Of a DNA stretch of 64,000 bases, positions 1-9,259 are shown piece by piece. The notes beneath the pieces are model-generated. The model was not told the DNA's origin and searched no databases. It saw only the letters and a list, made by a program, of their open reading frames with translations. The DNA comes from Candidatus Hydrogenedentota bacterium (lineage in GTDB: Bacteria > Hydrogenedentota > Hydrogenedentia > Hydrogenedentales > CAITNO01). How positions within the stretch are numbered: the stretch's first letter is position 1; each line of letters starts with the position of its first letter. The stretch is taken from assembly GCA_019455225.1 (NCBI GenBank), contig JACFMU010000003.1, forward strand, positions 1,697 to 65,696, written 5' to 3'. The translations under genes were made by a program, and so were the position numbers.

Positions 1-1798
1 CGCCCGCGACACACATCACCCCGCCATAGGGACGCAGCACCCGCCACGCCTCGTCCGCCGTGAAGGGGACCGTGTCCGGGGCGTCCGGGACGCGGGCGAC
101 GAGGTCCATCATGCCCGTGGTATGGGGAAGCGGGCCGGAGGGCACCACCTGCACCGACACGCGGGCGCCGTAGAGGCCCGCCGCCGCAAGACTGCGGCGC
201 GCTGTTTCGGCCACGGCGGGGTCGGATTCCACGCAGACGACGTTCAGGCCGCTTTGCCGGACGAGTTCGGCGGCGAAGGCGCCGTCCCCCGCGCCCAGGA
301 GCAGGGCGTAGCCCTTGGAGACGCCGGCCTGTTCAAGCAGGTGTTTTGCGGCGCCGCCCGCCGCTTTGAGGGGCTCCGGACTCCATGGGTTTTCCCGGGC
401 AGGGGCGACTGTTTTCGCCTCACCGCCCGCCGCGCCGAAGCAGTGGATGGGGCCGAGGTGGCTGCTGGCGAAGAGGCGCCCGTTCGCGGCGCTCAGCCCG
501 TAAATCTTTCCCGGCGTCTCCCCGCGCCAGACCGCTTCGCCGTCCGAGGCGCGCAGTCCGGTGACACTGTCCTCGCCGCCGAGGAAAAGGGTGTCCCCGG
601 CCATGATCATGGAATAGGGGTTGGCCATGGGTTTCCGCCAGAGATAACAGGCCTCCAGGTCCTTCTGGAGTCCGGCGACGGTCCCCTCCAGCCCGGCGAT
701 GCCCGCCGCGAGCGATTCCTGGCCCGCCGTGTCCGATTTCGGCAGGGCCTTCTGCTGTTTCACCAGTTCCCGGAGTTCGGCGTTCCGCGCGTTCAACTGG
801 CGGGAGACCTCCAGATACCGGCCCCGGTCCAGGGCGGAAACCTCCTCCTTTGACTGGAGGTAGGCAATGTTGCCGTCCACCAGCATGCGGATGCCGGGAA
901 ACGTGGCGACGGCCTCGCCTGTGGCGGGGTCGGCGTAGTCCAATTGGTTGCCAGAACTGCGTCCCGGCCCGCTGACCACGGCGTCGTCCGCCAGCACCGC
1001 ATAGGCGCCGCCCGGTCCCGGCAGGGCGCCTTTCGGCTCCAGCGTGTCCCGGTCAAACATGAACGGCGCGGTGCGGCCCGTGGGGACGAAGACCCGGTTG
1101 GTGGCGGCCAGCAGATAGCCCTGCGGCGAGACCGAGGTCTGTCCCGCGGAGAGGAGCGGCTTCCCCGTGGCGGCGTCCAGGGCGCAGCGCCACACATTGT
1201 CCGGCGCGAAAAGCCCCGCAAAATAGATGACCGTGCCCTTCTCCACCAGCACGCCTGTGCGGGCCGGGGCGTGGGAGATGATCCGCCCGTTGCCCGGCAG
1301 ACGGCGGTCAGGGTTCACGGGGGAATGGCGCCAGACCAGTTTTCCGTCGGCGGCGTTCAGGCAGTAGGCGAAGCCGTCATCGGCGGAAAAATAGAGGCGG
1401 TTTCCGTCCACCACCGGCGCGAGCCGCACGGGCCCCTCGGCGAAGAAGGACCAGCGGACTTCCCCCGTGGCGGCGTCGAGACAGTAAACTTGGTCGTCCG
1501 CCGACGAGGCGAAATAAACCGCGTCCCCCGCGGAGACCGCATGATAGGCGCGGTCATAGACCACCACCGGGCTGAGCTCGCGGATTTCGTGCCAAATGTC
1601 CTGTTTCGCCGGTGCGGGCCAGGCGGGTTCCGGCGCGTGGCGCGGGACATGGGTCCACACCGGGGCCAGGGGCATGGGCAGGGCCTCGCGGGAGATGCCG
1701 CCGCGGGCGTTGTCATGGAGGTATGCGGGCCAGTCCTCCGCCGGGGCCGGACACGCCAAAACAAGCAGCAGTGACACCAGGGCCGGTAAAGTTCTCAC
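1..1798 (-). CDS. Secreted PQQ/BamB-like beta-propeller repeat protein fused to a C-terminal class I SAM-methyltransferase (spermidine-synthase-like) domain. The N-terminus is at 1798 and the 3' end runs off the window start.
   Basis: The minus strand, hand-translated from GTG at 1798, gives VRTLPALVSLLLVLACPAPAEDW (signal peptide). Repeated blades follow (VYCLDAATGEVRW, AYCLNAADGKLVWR, VWRCALDAATGKPL), then a coiled linker (ELRELVKQQKALPKSDTAG), then LLGAGDGAFAAELVRQSGLNVVCVESDPAVAETARRSL (MTase motif I). The frame stays open to coordinate 1. It is absent from the ORF track because there is no stop inside the window. Confidence 0.75.
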   Translation of the reverse strand, partial: MRTLPALVSLLLVLACPAPAEDWPAYLHDNARGGISREALPMPLAPVWTHVPRHAPEPAWPAPAKQDIWHEIRELSPVVVYDRAYHAVSAGDAVYFASSADDQVYCLDAATGEVRWSFFAEGPVRLAPVVDGNRLYFSADDGFAYCLNAADGKLVWRHSPVNPDRRLPGNGRIISHAPARTGVLVEKGTVIYFAGLFAPDNVWRCALDAATGKPLLSAGQTSVSPQGYLLAATNRVFVPTGRTAPFMFDRDTLEPKGALPGPGGAYAVLADDAVVSGPGRSSGNQLDYADPATGEAVATFPGIRMLVDGNIAYLQSKEEVSALDRGRYLEVSRQLNARNAELRELVKQQKALPKSDTAGQESLAAGIAGLEGTVAGLQKDLEACYLWRKPMANPYSMIMAGDTLFLGGEDSVTGLRASDGEAVWRGETPGKIYGLSAANGRLFASSHLGPIHCFGAAGGEAKTVAPARENPWSPEPLKAAGGAAKHLLEQAGVSKGYALLLGAGDGAFAAELVRQSGLNVVCVESDPAVAETARRSLAAAGLYGARVSVQVVPSGPLPHTTGMMDLVARVPDAPDTVPFTADEAWRVLRPYGGVMCVAG

Positions 1799-2009
1799 GT
1801 CCGGAACCTCCTTGCACACTTCGGCCGAAGCCGCCAACATCTTCCTGGTTCCCCTTCCGAAGGGGGTGGCCCTTTAGGGCCGGGGGATGTTCTTTGTCAT
1901 TCGGTCACAGCCGACAGTGTGTTCGAGTGCGGTTACTCTGATGGACCCCATGGACCGTATGGACGGCATGGACCAGGGCGGGGAGCGCTCCGGGGCCGTC
2001 ATGCCGCTG

Positions 2010-2507
2010 TCAAAACAGCAACTGCTGGTCGCTGGCCTCTTCCGGCTCCTTTTCCTTTGCGCGGCGTTTCCGCCCCTTTTCGGGAGCCTCTTCCGGCGTC
2101 TCATCAGAAACAGTTGCGGGCTCCACCCCGTAGGGGACCGGCTCCTCCGCGGCGGCGGAGGGCATGACGTCCTCCGGCGCGGCCGGGGTTGGCGCGGCCT
2201 CCTCCACAGGCTCCGGTGCCGGGACCTCCACCGACGGTGCGGGGGTGCCCGCCGCCGCCTTGGGTTTTGCGGCGCGGCGGGGCCTGCGCGGCGCGGGCCC
2301 GCTTCCCTCCGGCGCGTCGGACAGGGCGGGGGGGCTCTCGCCCCGGCTGATGTGGGCGATGTCCTCCTCCAGCATGGGCAGGGTCGTGCGCCACGCCTTG
2401 CCCATCTTGAACGCGCGCAGGCGTTTCTCACGGTACATCTGCCGCACCGTGATGGGCTTGACCTTCAGGATTTCCGCCACCTCTTCCACCGTCAGCATGG
2501 TGTCCAT
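2010..2507 (-). CDS. Helix-turn-helix (excisionase/MerR-like) DNA-binding protein with a Pro/Ala/Glu-rich low-complexity C-terminal tail
   Basis: MDTMLTVEEVAEILKVKPITVRQMYREKRLRAFKMGKAWRTTLPMLEEDI is an HTH of the excisionase type. GGAGG lies 12 nt upstream of the ATG at 2507. The track ORF 2010..2576 extends upstream of a TACAAT -10 (minus strand, 2556-2561), so it is probably over-extended. Confidence 0.65.
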   Translation of the reverse strand: MDTMLTVEEVAEILKVKPITVRQMYREKRLRAFKMGKAWRTTLPMLEEDIAHISRGESPPALSDAPEGSGPAPRRPRRAAKPKAAAGTPAPSVEVPAPEPVEEAAPTPAAPEDVMPSAAAEEPVPYGVEPATVSDETPEEAPEKGRKRRAKEKEPEEASDQQLLF

Positions 2508-2555
2508 GTCGCCGCTCGGCCTCCATGTGTTCCCCTGTGCGGGGCGCCTTCCGGC

Positions 2556-2561
2556 ATTGTA
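2556..2561 (-). promoter_or_regulatory. Candidate -10 hexamer TACAAT (minus strand) upstream of the HTH gene
   Basis: The minus-strand reading is tttgtgTACAATgcc, about 45 nt upstream of the start at 2507. It shares GTACAATGC with the -10 at 4680-4685. Confidence 0.3.
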
Positions 2562-2592
2562 CACAAAGCGACGCAAACGGACAACATAAAAA

Positions 2593-4536
2593 TCAGCCGG
2601 CAGCGCGGACCATCAGGCCTGCGACGAGCCGGGCGAAGCCCGCCGGGTCGGTTGGCTGGCCGCCCTCGGCGATGAGCGCCTGCCCGTAGAGCAGTTCGGC
2701 GTACTCGCCGATGACGGAAGAGCCTGGGTTGGTCTCGTGGAGGCGCTGGAGCGCCGCCATCACGGGATGGCCGGGGTTCAGTTCCAGAATCCGCTTGACA
2801 TCGGGGACCGCCTGGCCCATGGCCTTGAACATTTTTTCGAGCTGGGGCGACAGGTCGCCCTCGTCGGTGACGAGGCACGCGGCGGACTCGGTGAGGCGGG
2901 AGGAAAGGCGCACCTCCTTCACCCGGTCGCCCAGGGCGCCCTTGAGCATTTCAAGCAGCGAGCCGTGCTCTTTCTCGCGGTCCTTGCGGGCCTCCTCCGC
3001 CGCCTTGCGCTCCTCCTCGGTGCCCACCTCGCCCGCGCCGCGGGCGGCGGACTGGAACGCGAAGTCCTTGTACTTCTCCACCGCATCCGTCCACACCTCG
3101 TCCACGGGGTCGTCCAGCAGCAGCACCTCCCACTCCTTGGCGCGGAAGGCCTCCAGGTGCGGCGACCGGGCGATGCGCGCGCGGCTCTCGCCGGTCAGGT
3201 AGTAGATGTGCGTCTGGCCGGGCTTCATGCGGGCGATGTACTCGTCCAGCGAGACGGGCGCGTCCCCGGCGGTGGACTGGAAGCGCGCGAGGCCGAGCAG
3301 TTCCTGCTGGTTCTCCTGGTCCTGGAAGACGCCCTCCTTGAGGACCCGTCCAAACTCGGCCCAGAACTTGGCGTATTTCTCCGGCTCCTTCTCCGCCGTG
3401 TCGCGCAGCGCCGAGAGCACCTTGCCCGTGACCCCCTTGCTCATGCGCTGGATTTGGCGGTTCTGCTGGAGGATTTCGCGGGAGATGTTCAGGGGCAGGT
3501 CCTCCGAGTCCACCACGCCGCGCACGAAGCGCAGGTATTCCGGGAGCAGCTCGCGGCAGTCGTCCATGATGAAGACCCGCTTGACGTAGAGGTGGACCCC
3601 GTGGCGGACGCCCTCCTGGCGGAGCATCAGGTCAAAGGGGGCCTTGGACGGGATGTAGAGGAGCAGGCGGTACTCCAGCGTGCCCTCGATCTTCGCCTGT
3701 ATCCGCAGCAGCGGCTCGGCCCAGTCATGGGAAACATGCCGGTAAAACTCGTTGTACTCCTCCTCCGTCACCTCGGCCTTGTCCCGCAGCCAGATGGCCT
3801 TCATGGAGTTCAGCGTCTCCGTCGTGACGACCTTGCGCTCCTCCGCGCCGGGCTTGGGTTTCCCCTCCTCGTCCCGCTCGACCTCGGTCCGCTCGATGTC
3901 CATCCGGATGGGATGGGCCACGAAGTCGGAGTACTGCCGGACCACCTGGCGGATGACCCATTCCTGCGTGTAGTCCTTCAGGCCGTCCTCCTCGTCCACG
4001 GGCTTCAGGTGCAGGGTCACCGTCGTGCCCGCCTCATCGCGCGCCGCGTCCTCCAGGGTGTAATAGCCGTCCCCGGCCGACTCCCAGCGCGTGGCCGTCT
4101 CCTCCCCCGCGCGGCGGGTCAGCAGGGTCACCCGGTCCGCCACCATGAAGGTGGAGTAGAAGCCCACGCCGAACTGTCCGATGAGCGCCTCCGACGCGGC
4201 GGCGTCCTTGGACTCGCGCAGCACCTTCAGGAACTCCTGCGTGCCCGACTTGGCGATGGTGCCGATGAGCTCCCGGACCTCGTCGCGGCCCATGCCGATG
4301 CCGTTGTCCGACACGGAGAGGGTGCGCGCCGCCGGGTCCGCGTCTATGCGGATGTGGGGTTCGGTTGCCGCCTGGAGCTCCGGCGATTTCAGCGCCTCGA
4401 AACGCCGCTTGTCCAGCGCGTCCGACGCGTTCGAAATGAGCTCCCGCAGGAAAATGTCCTTGTTCGAGTAAACCGAGTGGATCATCAGGTCCAGCAGTTG
4501 CCGGGCCTCCGTTTTGAACTCAAAGCGCTCGCTCAT
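2593..4536 (-). CDS. htpG: Molecular chaperone HtpG (Hsp90)
   Basis: MSERFEFKTEARQLLDLMIHSVYSNKDIFLRELISNASDALDKRRFEAL is the canonical HtpG N-terminus. The protein is 647 aa. A GGAGGA RBS lies 9 nt upstream. Confidence 0.95.
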   Translation of the reverse strand: MSERFEFKTEARQLLDLMIHSVYSNKDIFLRELISNASDALDKRRFEALKSPELQAATEPHIRIDADPAARTLSVSDNGIGMGRDEVRELIGTIAKSGTQEFLKVLRESKDAAASEALIGQFGVGFYSTFMVADRVTLLTRRAGEETATRWESAGDGYYTLEDAARDEAGTTVTLHLKPVDEEDGLKDYTQEWVIRQVVRQYSDFVAHPIRMDIERTEVERDEEGKPKPGAEERKVVTTETLNSMKAIWLRDKAEVTEEEYNEFYRHVSHDWAEPLLRIQAKIEGTLEYRLLLYIPSKAPFDLMLRQEGVRHGVHLYVKRVFIMDDCRELLPEYLRFVRGVVDSEDLPLNISREILQQNRQIQRMSKGVTGKVLSALRDTAEKEPEKYAKFWAEFGRVLKEGVFQDQENQQELLGLARFQSTAGDAPVSLDEYIARMKPGQTHIYYLTGESRARIARSPHLEAFRAKEWEVLLLDDPVDEVWTDAVEKYKDFAFQSAARGAGEVGTEEERKAAEEARKDREKEHGSLLEMLKGALGDRVKEVRLSSRLTESAACLVTDEGDLSPQLEKMFKAMGQAVPDVKRILELNPGHPVMAALQRLHETNPGSSVIGEYAELLYGQALIAEGGQPTDPAGFARLVAGLMVRAAG

Positions 4537-4676
4537 GGCTTCTTCTCCTCCGTCTTTTTGGTTGTTTTACGGGATACAGGGTCGGCCGGCCCCGCCGCGG
4601 CCCTGCGCGGCGTCCCCAATAACGCCTCGGATAGTATACTTGGCTGACGGGAAGGGCGGCAAAACGGGGTTGCGGG

Positions 4677-4685
4677 TGGTACAAT
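4677..4685 (+). promoter_or_regulatory. Extended -10 promoter element TGgTACAAT
   Basis: gggTGgTACAATgcacc lies 46 nt upstream of the ATG at 4731. The region is the divergent promoter shared with htpG. Confidence 0.35.
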
Positions 4686-4730
4686 GCACCCCGGTGCGCC
4701 GGGGTGCGGCGCGAGGCTGAGAGAGGACAT

Positions 4731-5852
4731 ATGACTTGCCTTTATGACGAGTTTCCCGCGTTGGCGGACACCCTGCCCCGCCTGCCGCTGGTGGCGGCGC
4801 CGACCCCCGTGGAGCCTTTGGACTTCGGGGCGGAGCGCGGCGCGGACGGCGTGTGGGTGAAACGCGACGACCTCAGCTCCCTCCTCTACGGCGGGAACAA
4901 GGTGCGCAAGCTGGCCTGGCTGCTGCCGCCGGCCCTGCGCCGGGGCGCCAAGATGGTGCTCACCTTCGGCGGCGCGGGGTCAAACCACGCCCTGGCCACC
5001 GCGCTCCACGGCGCGGCGCTGGGGCTGAAATGCGCAAGCGTCCTGGGCCCCCAGCACAATGCCCGCGCCGTGCGGCGCAACCTGCTGTGGAATCTGCACG
5101 CCGGGGCGGACCTGCGCCCCTGCCCGTGGCGGTGCGCGCCCATCGAGACGGCGCGCTGTTTCATCGGCGCATGGCGGCGGGACGGCGTCATGCCGCAGGT
5201 CATCGCGCCGGGCGGCTCGTCGCCCCTGGGCACGGTCGGTTTTGTGGAGGCCGCCTTCGAGCTGCGCGGCCAGGTGCGGCGCGGGCTGCTGCCCGAGCCG
5301 GATGTCCTGTATGTGGCCTCGGGCACCATGGGCACCTGCGTGGGGCTGGCGCTGGGCCTGGCGGCGGCGGGGATGAAGACCCGCGTGGAGGCGGTGCGGG
5401 TCACCGTCGCGCCCTACACCGGCATGGCGCGGGCCCGCAAACTGTTCCGCGCCGCGAACGGACTGTTGCGCGGTTCCTGCCCGGACTTTCCGGAGTGCCC
5501 CTTTCCCGAGGACCGGTTCCGCATCCGGGACGAGTTCTTCGGCGGGGAGTACGCCCTGTTCACGCCCGAGTCCGCCACGATGGTCCGCATGGCCCGTGAA
5601 CGCTTTGGCCTGAAACTTGAGGGGACCTACACGGGCAAGGCCTTCGCCGCGCTCCATGACGATCTGGAAGCGGGCCGCCTGCGCGGGGAAACGGCCCTGT
5701 TCTGGAACACCCACAACAGCCGGGAACCGGACCCGGCGGTGGAGGCGGGGGATTACCGGCGACTGCCAAAGCCGCTGCATGGTTATTTCGAGGAGCCGGT
5801 CCAGCCGCTGGACCGGGAGGAACCGTCCGCCGTTTTGGCGCGGGAGCATTGA
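4731..5852 (+). CDS. PLP-dependent ACC deaminase / D-cysteine desulfhydrase family enzyme (possible cysteate sulfo-lyase-like)
   Basis: VWVKRDDLSSLLYGGNKVRKLAWLLPPALRRGAKMVLTFGGAGSNHALATA carries the family signature and PLP-lysine motif. A gagagagga RBS precedes the ATG at 4731. The track start 4704 is a GTG further upstream. Confidence 0.8.
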   Translation: MTCLYDEFPALADTLPRLPLVAAPTPVEPLDFGAERGADGVWVKRDDLSSLLYGGNKVRKLAWLLPPALRRGAKMVLTFGGAGSNHALATALHGAALGLKCASVLGPQHNARAVRRNLLWNLHAGADLRPCPWRCAPIETARCFIGAWRRDGVMPQVIAPGGSSPLGTVGFVEAAFELRGQVRRGLLPEPDVLYVASGTMGTCVGLALGLAAAGMKTRVEAVRVTVAPYTGMARARKLFRAANGLLRGSCPDFPECPFPEDRFRIRDEFFGGEYALFTPESATMVRMARERFGLKLEGTYTGKAFAALHDDLEAGRLRGETALFWNTHNSREPDPAVEAGDYRRLPKPLHGYFEEPVQPLDREEPSAVLAREH

Positions 5853-5853
5853 C

Positions 5854-6156
5854 ATGGAAAAACAGGCGATGCCCTTCCAGAAAATCGTGTTCGTGTGCGT
5901 GCACGAGCGCGAGCCGGGCATGGGGGCGTGCTGTTCCGCCCGCGGCTCGGTGGCGCTGCACGCGGCGCTGAAGGCGCGGATTAAGGAGAGGGGGCTGGGC
6001 GCGAAAATCCGGGTCAGCCGCTCGGGCTGCCAGGACCGCTGCGCCATGGGCCCCAATGTGATGGTGTTTCCGGACAATGTCTGGTACAGCAGGGTCGGCG
6101 AGGCCGACTTGGACGCCATTGTCGCGGACTTGGTGGCGGGACTGGACAAGGCATGA
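5854..6156 (+). CDS. Thioredoxin-like [2Fe-2S] ferredoxin
   Basis: MEKQAMPFQKIVFVCVHEREPGMGACCSARGS...SRSGCQDRCAMGPNVMVFPDNVWYSRVGEADLDAIV shows the CC and CxxxC cluster ligand pattern. The ATG lies 1 nt after the upstream stop. Its own stop overlaps the next start as ATGA. Confidence 0.75.
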   Translation: MEKQAMPFQKIVFVCVHEREPGMGACCSARGSVALHAALKARIKERGLGAKIRVSRSGCQDRCAMGPNVMVFPDNVWYSRVGEADLDAIVADLVAGLDKA

Positions 6157-7604
6157 GCACGGGTTCGGGATGGAGCCGCCGGGACTTTTTACGGACGGCC
6201 GGGGCGGGCGTGCTGGGCGCGGCCTGCGCCTCCGGCGCGGCGGCGGGGAATCCGGACACCCGGCCCAATGTGCTGTTCATCTCCATTGACGACCTGAACG
6301 ACTGGGTGGGCTGCCTGGGCGGGCACCCGCAGGCGAACACCCCGAACCTGGACCGCCTTGCCGGGGAGGGGGTGCTCTTTGAGAACGCCCACTGCCAGGC
6401 GCCCATCTGTACCCCGTCGCGGGGCAGCCTCCTCTCGGGGATGCTCCCCTCGACCACGGGGCTGTACTTCCTTGCGCCGCAGTACCGCGAGGCGGAAACC
6501 CTCCGGGACTCCGTCTCCCTGCCCCAGTATTTCCGGGAGCACGGCTATCTGTCCCTGGGTGTCGGCAAGACCTTCCACACCGGCACGGACCCGCTCTCCT
6601 TTGACGAGTACGGCGGCGAGATGGGCAGTTTCGGGCCGCGCCCCGAAAAGAAACTCAGCCTGCCCAAGGGGCATCCCCTGTGGGACTGGGGCGCGTTTCC
6701 CGAGCGGGACGAGGAGATGCCGGACCACAAAATCGCCCTGTGGGCGAAAGACAAGCTGGCGCAGCCGCATGACCGGCCCTTCTTCCTCTCCGTGGGCTTT
6801 TACCGGCCCCATGTGCCCATGTACGCCCCGCAAAAGTGGTTTGACCTGCATCCGCGCGGGGGTATTATCCTGCCCGAGGCCTCGCCGGACGACCTGGCGG
6901 ACATCCCGCCCTTCGCCCTCGACCTGACTTACGGGGCGGCGGCGCCCCGCCATGAATATGTCGTGTCCCTCAATGAGTGGGACCACGCCGTGCAGTCCTA
7001 CCTCGCCTGCACGTCCTTTGTGGACCACTGCGTCGGCATCGTGCTCGACGCCCTGCGCGACAGCGGGCACGCGGACAACACCCTCGTGGTGCTCTGGGGC
7101 GACCACGGGTTCCACCTTGGCGAGAAGATGCGCTGGGAGAAGCGCTCCCTGTGGGAGGAGGCCACCCGCGCCCCGCTGATGCTCGCCGGACCGGGCGTGC
7201 GCCGGGGCGGGCGCTGCCGCAGGCCCGTCGGCATGATTGACCTGTACCCCACCCTGGCGGAGCTCTGCGGACTGCCGCCGAAGGCCGGACTCGACGGGCA
7301 GAGCCTGCGCCCCCTGGTGGAAGACCCCGATACCCCCTGGGAGCGCCCGGCCCTCACCACCTTCGGCCCGGACAACCACTCCCTGCGCTCCGAGCGTTAC
7401 CGGTACACCCGCTACGCCGACGGGTCCGAGGAGCTCTACGACCACGACAACGACCCCAACGAGGGGACCAATCTCGCGGGGAAAGCGGGCAGCGCGGATA
7501 TCATCGCGGAGATGCGGCCCTGGCTGCCAAAGGTCAACCGCGCGCCCCTCCCCGGCAGCAAAGGCTCCAACTCGCCCCTCTACGAGTCGCCCGAAGTGTG
7601 GTGA
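6153..7604 (+). CDS. Tat-exported arylsulfatase-family sulfatase (formylglycine type)
   Basis: SRRDFLRTAGAGVLGAACA is a Tat signal. NVLFISIDDLNDW and HCQAPICTPSRGSLLSGM give the canonical C-x-P-x-R active site. Confidence 0.9.
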   Translation: MSTGSGWSRRDFLRTAGAGVLGAACASGAAAGNPDTRPNVLFISIDDLNDWVGCLGGHPQANTPNLDRLAGEGVLFENAHCQAPICTPSRGSLLSGMLPSTTGLYFLAPQYREAETLRDSVSLPQYFREHGYLSLGVGKTFHTGTDPLSFDEYGGEMGSFGPRPEKKLSLPKGHPLWDWGAFPERDEEMPDHKIALWAKDKLAQPHDRPFFLSVGFYRPHVPMYAPQKWFDLHPRGGIILPEASPDDLADIPPFALDLTYGAAAPRHEYVVSLNEWDHAVQSYLACTSFVDHCVGIVLDALRDSGHADNTLVVLWGDHGFHLGEKMRWEKRSLWEEATRAPLMLAGPGVRRGGRCRRPVGMIDLYPTLAELCGLPPKAGLDGQSLRPLVEDPDTPWERPALTTFGPDNHSLRSERYRYTRYADGSEELYDHDNDPNEGTNLAGKAGSADIIAEMRPWLPKVNRAPLPGSKGSNSPLYESPEVW

Positions 7605-7883
7605 GGTGCCGACCTGTGCTCCGTGGCACGGGCCGAAAGTGGCACGGGCGTCCCGCCCGTGGAAAATCATGGCCGGGACGGACCTGCCACAACACATTGC
7701 TGCGGGTTGTGCGCATCCCGCCGCCTTTTGTGCGCAAGTGCCGCGCATGAAGGCCGGTCTTTGCGCGGTGAGGCCGAAAAACGGTATCATATCGCCGCAA
7801 ATCACCGTGTCCGCGCGACGCGGCACATTCCATCCGGCGGCGCCAAATCCCGTGTCCGCCCCAACTGAGGAGGTTAAGGAGTC

Positions 7884-9197
7884 ATGGCCAAACTGGCAGT
7901 GCTGGGCGGCAAGCCCCTGGCGGGAAAATCGCGGAAATGGGCGAAATGGCCCATCAGCGACGCGGAGGACGTGAAACTGGTCTCGAAGATCACCGCGTCG
8001 AACCGGTGGTCTTTTGACGGGCCGGTGGAGTGGGAGTTCGCCGAGAAGTTCACGGCGTACCAGACCGCGAAGTACGGCCTGTGCTGCGCGAACGGCACGG
8101 TGGGCATCCAGCTCGCGCTGGAGGCGCTGGGTGTGGGCGCGTATGACGAGGTGATCGTGCCGGGCATGACCTGGCAGGCCACGGCGGCGGCGTGCGTGGA
8201 CGTGAACGCCATCCCCGTTCTGGTGGATGTCGAGCCGGACACGTGGAACCTGGACCTGGACAAGGTCGAGGCGGCCATCACGCCGAAGACGAAGGCCGTC
8301 ATCGTGGTGCACCTCTACGGCTGCATGACCGACCTGGACCGCCTGCAGAAGCTGTGCAAGAAGCACGGGCTCTTCCTCATCGAGGACTGCGCCCACCAGC
8401 ACGGCTCGTTCTGGAAGGGGAAGGGTGTCGGCTCCTTCGGCGACATCAGCTCCTGGAGCTTCCAGGAGTCGAAGGTGCTCTCCAGCGGCGAGGGCGGCTT
8501 CAACATGTGCAAGACGAAGGACCTCTTCTACAAGCTGTACAGCCTGCGCAACTGCGGCCGCCCCTACCCGGCGGACCCGGTGGTCTTCGGCCTGAAGAAG
8601 GCGGCAGGCATGGAGACGGCCCTCCAGTCCGGCAACTACCGCCTCACGGAGTGGCAGGCCGCCATCCTCCTGGGCGGGCTCAAGCGCCTGGACGCGCAGG
8701 TGAAACTGCGCGACGCCAACGCGATTTACCTGAACTCGCTGCTGGCGGGGATTCCCGGCATCCTGCCGATGCGCCGCCGCCCGCAGGTCACCCAGCAGAG
8801 TTATTTCAACTTTGCGTTCCGCCTCGACACGGCGGCGCTGGGCGTCAACAACAAGCAGTTCTGCGTGGCCCTGAACGCCGAGCTGAACATGCCCGACGAG
8901 TTCGAGCCGCCCTACGAGCCGCTGAACGGCTGCGGCCTGTTCAAGCCGACCACGAAGGTGCGGCACAACCTCGGCAAGGACTACTTCAAGGCGATCAACC
9001 CGAAGCGCTTTGACCTGCCCGTCTGCGCGGAGGCCACCGCGAACAGCGGCGTCACCGCCCACCACCAGATTCTCATGAACAAAAAAGAGGACATGGACCT
9101 CTTCGCCGCCGCCGTGAGGAAGATTGCGGAGAACGCGGGCGAGCTGGCCAAGTTCACCCCCGGCGAGTTGAAGAAGTACCAGGGCCTCGCCCGCTAA
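7884..9197 (+). CDS. DegT/DnrJ/EryC1/StrS-family PLP-dependent aminotransferase
   Basis: GLCCANGTVGIQLALEALGVG, LIEDCAHQHGSF, and the SFQESKVLSSGEGG lysine region match the family. A gaggaggttaaggag RBS precedes the ATG. Confidence 0.85.
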   Translation: MAKLAVLGGKPLAGKSRKWAKWPISDAEDVKLVSKITASNRWSFDGPVEWEFAEKFTAYQTAKYGLCCANGTVGIQLALEALGVGAYDEVIVPGMTWQATAAACVDVNAIPVLVDVEPDTWNLDLDKVEAAITPKTKAVIVVHLYGCMTDLDRLQKLCKKHGLFLIEDCAHQHGSFWKGKGVGSFGDISSWSFQESKVLSSGEGGFNMCKTKDLFYKLYSLRNCGRPYPADPVVFGLKKAAGMETALQSGNYRLTEWQAAILLGGLKRLDAQVKLRDANAIYLNSLLAGIPGILPMRRRPQVTQQSYFNFAFRLDTAALGVNNKQFCVALNAELNMPDEFEPPYEPLNGCGLFKPTTKVRHNLGKDYFKAINPKRFDLPVCAEATANSGVTAHHQILMNKKEDMDLFAAAVRKIAENAGELAKFTPGELKKYQGLAR

Positions 9198-9220
9198 ACA
9201 TCATCCTGAAACAAACCGTC

Positions 9221-9252
9221 CGGCCCGCGTTCCCGAAAGGGGGCGCGGGCCG
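9221..9252. terminator. Bidirectional stem-loop terminator between convergent genes
   Basis: cggcccgcg-ttcccgaaaggggg-cgcgggccg is followed by tttcc. It sits between the DegT stop (9197) and the beta-helix gene stop (9260). Confidence 0.55.
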
Positions 9253-9259
9253 TTTCCGT

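Noticed and set aside
7640-7700. GTGGCA(C/T)GG(G/C)CGTCCCG motif pairs at 7640-7700, 33576-33600 and 33642-33660 as a possible tRNA fragment or further repeat family
   Set aside because: No tRNA cloverleaf or T-loop (GTTCGA) could be built. With only three short copies it may be a minor repeat or chance. I note it but do not call it.
6189-9065. 958-aa minus-strand ORF spanning the sulfatase and DegT genes
   Set aside because: It is antisense to two well-supported plus-strand genes. Its translation is low-complexity and Arg/Gly/Ala-rich, as expected from open antisense frames in high-GC DNA.
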